DNA from: Patescibacteria group bacterium
GTDB lineage: Bacteria; Patescibacteriota; Microgenomatia; UBA1400; JAHJAY01
Direction of reading: 5' to 3'
Assembly: GCA_018813815.1 (NCBI GenBank)
Contig: JAHJAY010000027.1
Span: forward strand, 1-50,956
Length of the DNA: 50,956 nt
Shown: positions 49,360-50,956 of the stretch, piece after piece
How the letters are laid out: every line of letters begins with the position of its first letter
Numbering within the stretch: position 1 is the stretch's first letter
Notes under the pieces: model-generated
Told to the model about the DNA's origin: nothing
What the model saw: the letters and a program-made list of their open reading frames with translations, nothing else
The model's database searches: none
Made by a program: the position numbers and the translations under genes

Positions 49360-50956
49360 CTACGGCGCGACTTCAATCCAGGAGTAAGTCGCTCTTTTGA
49401 GCACATCAGGAGCTAGGCGGATTATATTGGGATCATAAGTAAATAGTTCAGCCGGGTCGCCGCGGTTATCGCGGCCCAAACCATTCATGCCCAGATTGCG
49501 GTAAAAATTGAAACCGCTCCAGGAAACAAAACTGCCGGTGCCATGAAACTGAAAATCATCACTGCCATTACCCTCAACAGTAATGGTTCCGTCGGCAATA
49601 ATCACCGCCTGAATTTCAGTAACATCTTCGGCAATCGTAACATCACCGCTGACAATAAAAGCCACAAAACCGTCAGTGTCTAAAGTAATATTTTCATTAA
49701 TCTCAAGGTCGTAGTCAATATCTTCATCATTTTCCCCGCCAATATAAACTACGGTAATGCCGTCAAAAGCAGACCAAGCGGTATTAATACTTACATCTTC
49801 ACTCAAAGAGTATAAACTGCCGCTGGGTGAATTACTCCAATCATCATTAAATTCCTCATCCCGGGCTAACCGCCAGAAATAGTCATAGCCCCTTTGGCCG
49901 CCATTATAACTGCTGTTGGCTACCCATTCACTTTCAGCCTCCCCATCGCCTTCACCATAATCAACAGTGCCGTCGCTATAAGTGACTAAACCTTCTTGAG
50001 GAGGAATAGTGTCGCTGTTCTTTAAGATGTAGGGAATACAGTAATCAAAACTACCATAACCGCAGGCAGCCGGAATTTCTGACCTGATCCCAGCGCCGTT
50101 GGCATGGACATCGCCGATTTCAGCCTGCCACCAGGACTCGTTTACTCCTTGAAAAGCCACTAGATCCTCAGTTGCTCCGGATGCATCAAGAGTAACGTAT
50201 GTTGATAAACTCTCACTACTGCAAAAATTAACTTCGTTAAAGCCTGATCCACCTACAGTGGCCTGAAAGTTATAATTATCAGCTAAAGGTAAACCTATAA
50301 AGCTATAACTACCATCTGGCGCTGGCGCACTCGTTCGTGAATCAGGCACACCGCAATCAGCTCCAACCCCATACTCATTACAAGCAATGACAATGCCTCC
50401 TACTCTGGTTAAACTACTCCTATTTGAACAGGCAATAGTTGTATTACTATAAATACTGGCATTATAGGCTGTGCCAACGACATTGGCAACGCAGTTTTGG
50501 ACGGTTAGATTACCCATATCGTGAAAATCATTAACCCCATCTGGGGGCGGATGCCAAGAAGGATGCTGTATTTCGATCAGATTAAGATTGCGCTCATCTT
50601 CCAATCCAGCATCATCAAAAACCCACAACAACAAATTGTGGGTACGGGGATAATTACCAGGACCCGGATAATAGTCAGAATCAAAATTTATATCCCAGTT
50701 GACAATTACATTATTACCGCTTAAAAAAGCATAAGTACTACCGGCATTTAACTCTGCCCGGCTACTCGCGCTTCTCAAAGGAGTGTTTAATTCCCACCGA
50801 TTATCTCCAGGGTCCCAAACAGCAGGAGATGAAGGCCTGGTAGCACCTTCTTCTAAGGGTCCCCAAAAGAAAAATCTGGGCGGATTTTCATCAAGTTTAA
50901 GCGATGCCCTGGTGTACCAATATGCGGGTACATGGTTATCTCCGGATTGCACACTG
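49360..50956 (-). CDS. Large extracellular protein, C-terminal part (5' end outside window)
   Basis: Open frame to window edge; acidic, Gly/Asn/Cys/Trp-rich; WWQ...GDVH and IVSGDVTI...PAELFTYDP C-terminal module. Confidence 0.75.
   Translation of the reverse strand, partial: SVQSGDNHVPAYWYTRASLKLDENPPRFFFWGPLEEGATRPSSPAVWDPGDNRWELNTPLRSASSRAELNAGSTYAFLSGNNVIVNWDINFDSDYYPGPGNYPRTHNLLLWVFDDAGLEDERNLNLIEIQHPSWHPPPDGVNDFHDMGNLTVQNCVANVVGTAYNASIYSNTTIACSNRSSLTRVGGIVIACNEYGVGADCGVPDSRTSAPAPDGSYSFIGLPLADNYNFQATVGGSGFNEVNFCSSESLSTYVTLDASGATEDLVAFQGVNESWWQAEIGDVHANGAGIRSEIPAACGYGSFDYCIPYILKNSDTIPPQEGLVTYSDGTVDYGEGDGEAESEWVANSSYNGGQRGYDYFWRLARDEEFNDDWSNSPSGSLYSLSEDVSINTAWSAFDGITVVYIGGENDEDIDYDLEINENITLDTDGFVAFIVSGDVTIAEDVTEIQAVIIADGTITVEGNGSDDFQFHGTGSFVSWSGFNFYRNLGMNGLGRDNRGDPAELFTYDPNIIRLAPDVLKRATYSWIEVAP

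Overview
About 51 kb of compact, AT-rich bacterial chromosome (code 11). Gene content and style point by inference to Patescibacteria/CPR, probably Microgenomates: truncated RF1, archaeal-type TpiA, a secretin-less type IV pilus cluster, apparent leaderless genes and heptamer micro-repeats. Most of the window is housekeeping: ychF end, rpsF-ssb-rpsR, S41 and HtrA proteases, rplI, rpmE, prfA, hisS, dnaB, tRNA-Leu(CAA), efp, lgt-dksA-lspA-rluD, yebC, a Xer-type recombinase, tpiA, gyrA-ppa-gyrB-holB, a 15-gene type IV pilus operon, khpA-rpsP-rnc-nusB-rpmF-recG-tyrS, plus a few orphans. The standout is a ~1.15 kb gene-poor region (21537-22697) directly upstream of the tyrosine recombinase. It has a predicted sigma70 promoter and folds by eye into three long nested stem domains with many +strand G.U wobbles. 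It shows a 28-bp dif-like palindrome at the tip of the largest arm, and an 11-nt copy of that site's left arm abuts a second promoter in front of the recombinase. It is a candidate large ncRNA (or structured ssDNA) coupled to a Xer/dif system. All calls come from reading the sequence and motifs; no searches or folding programs were run.
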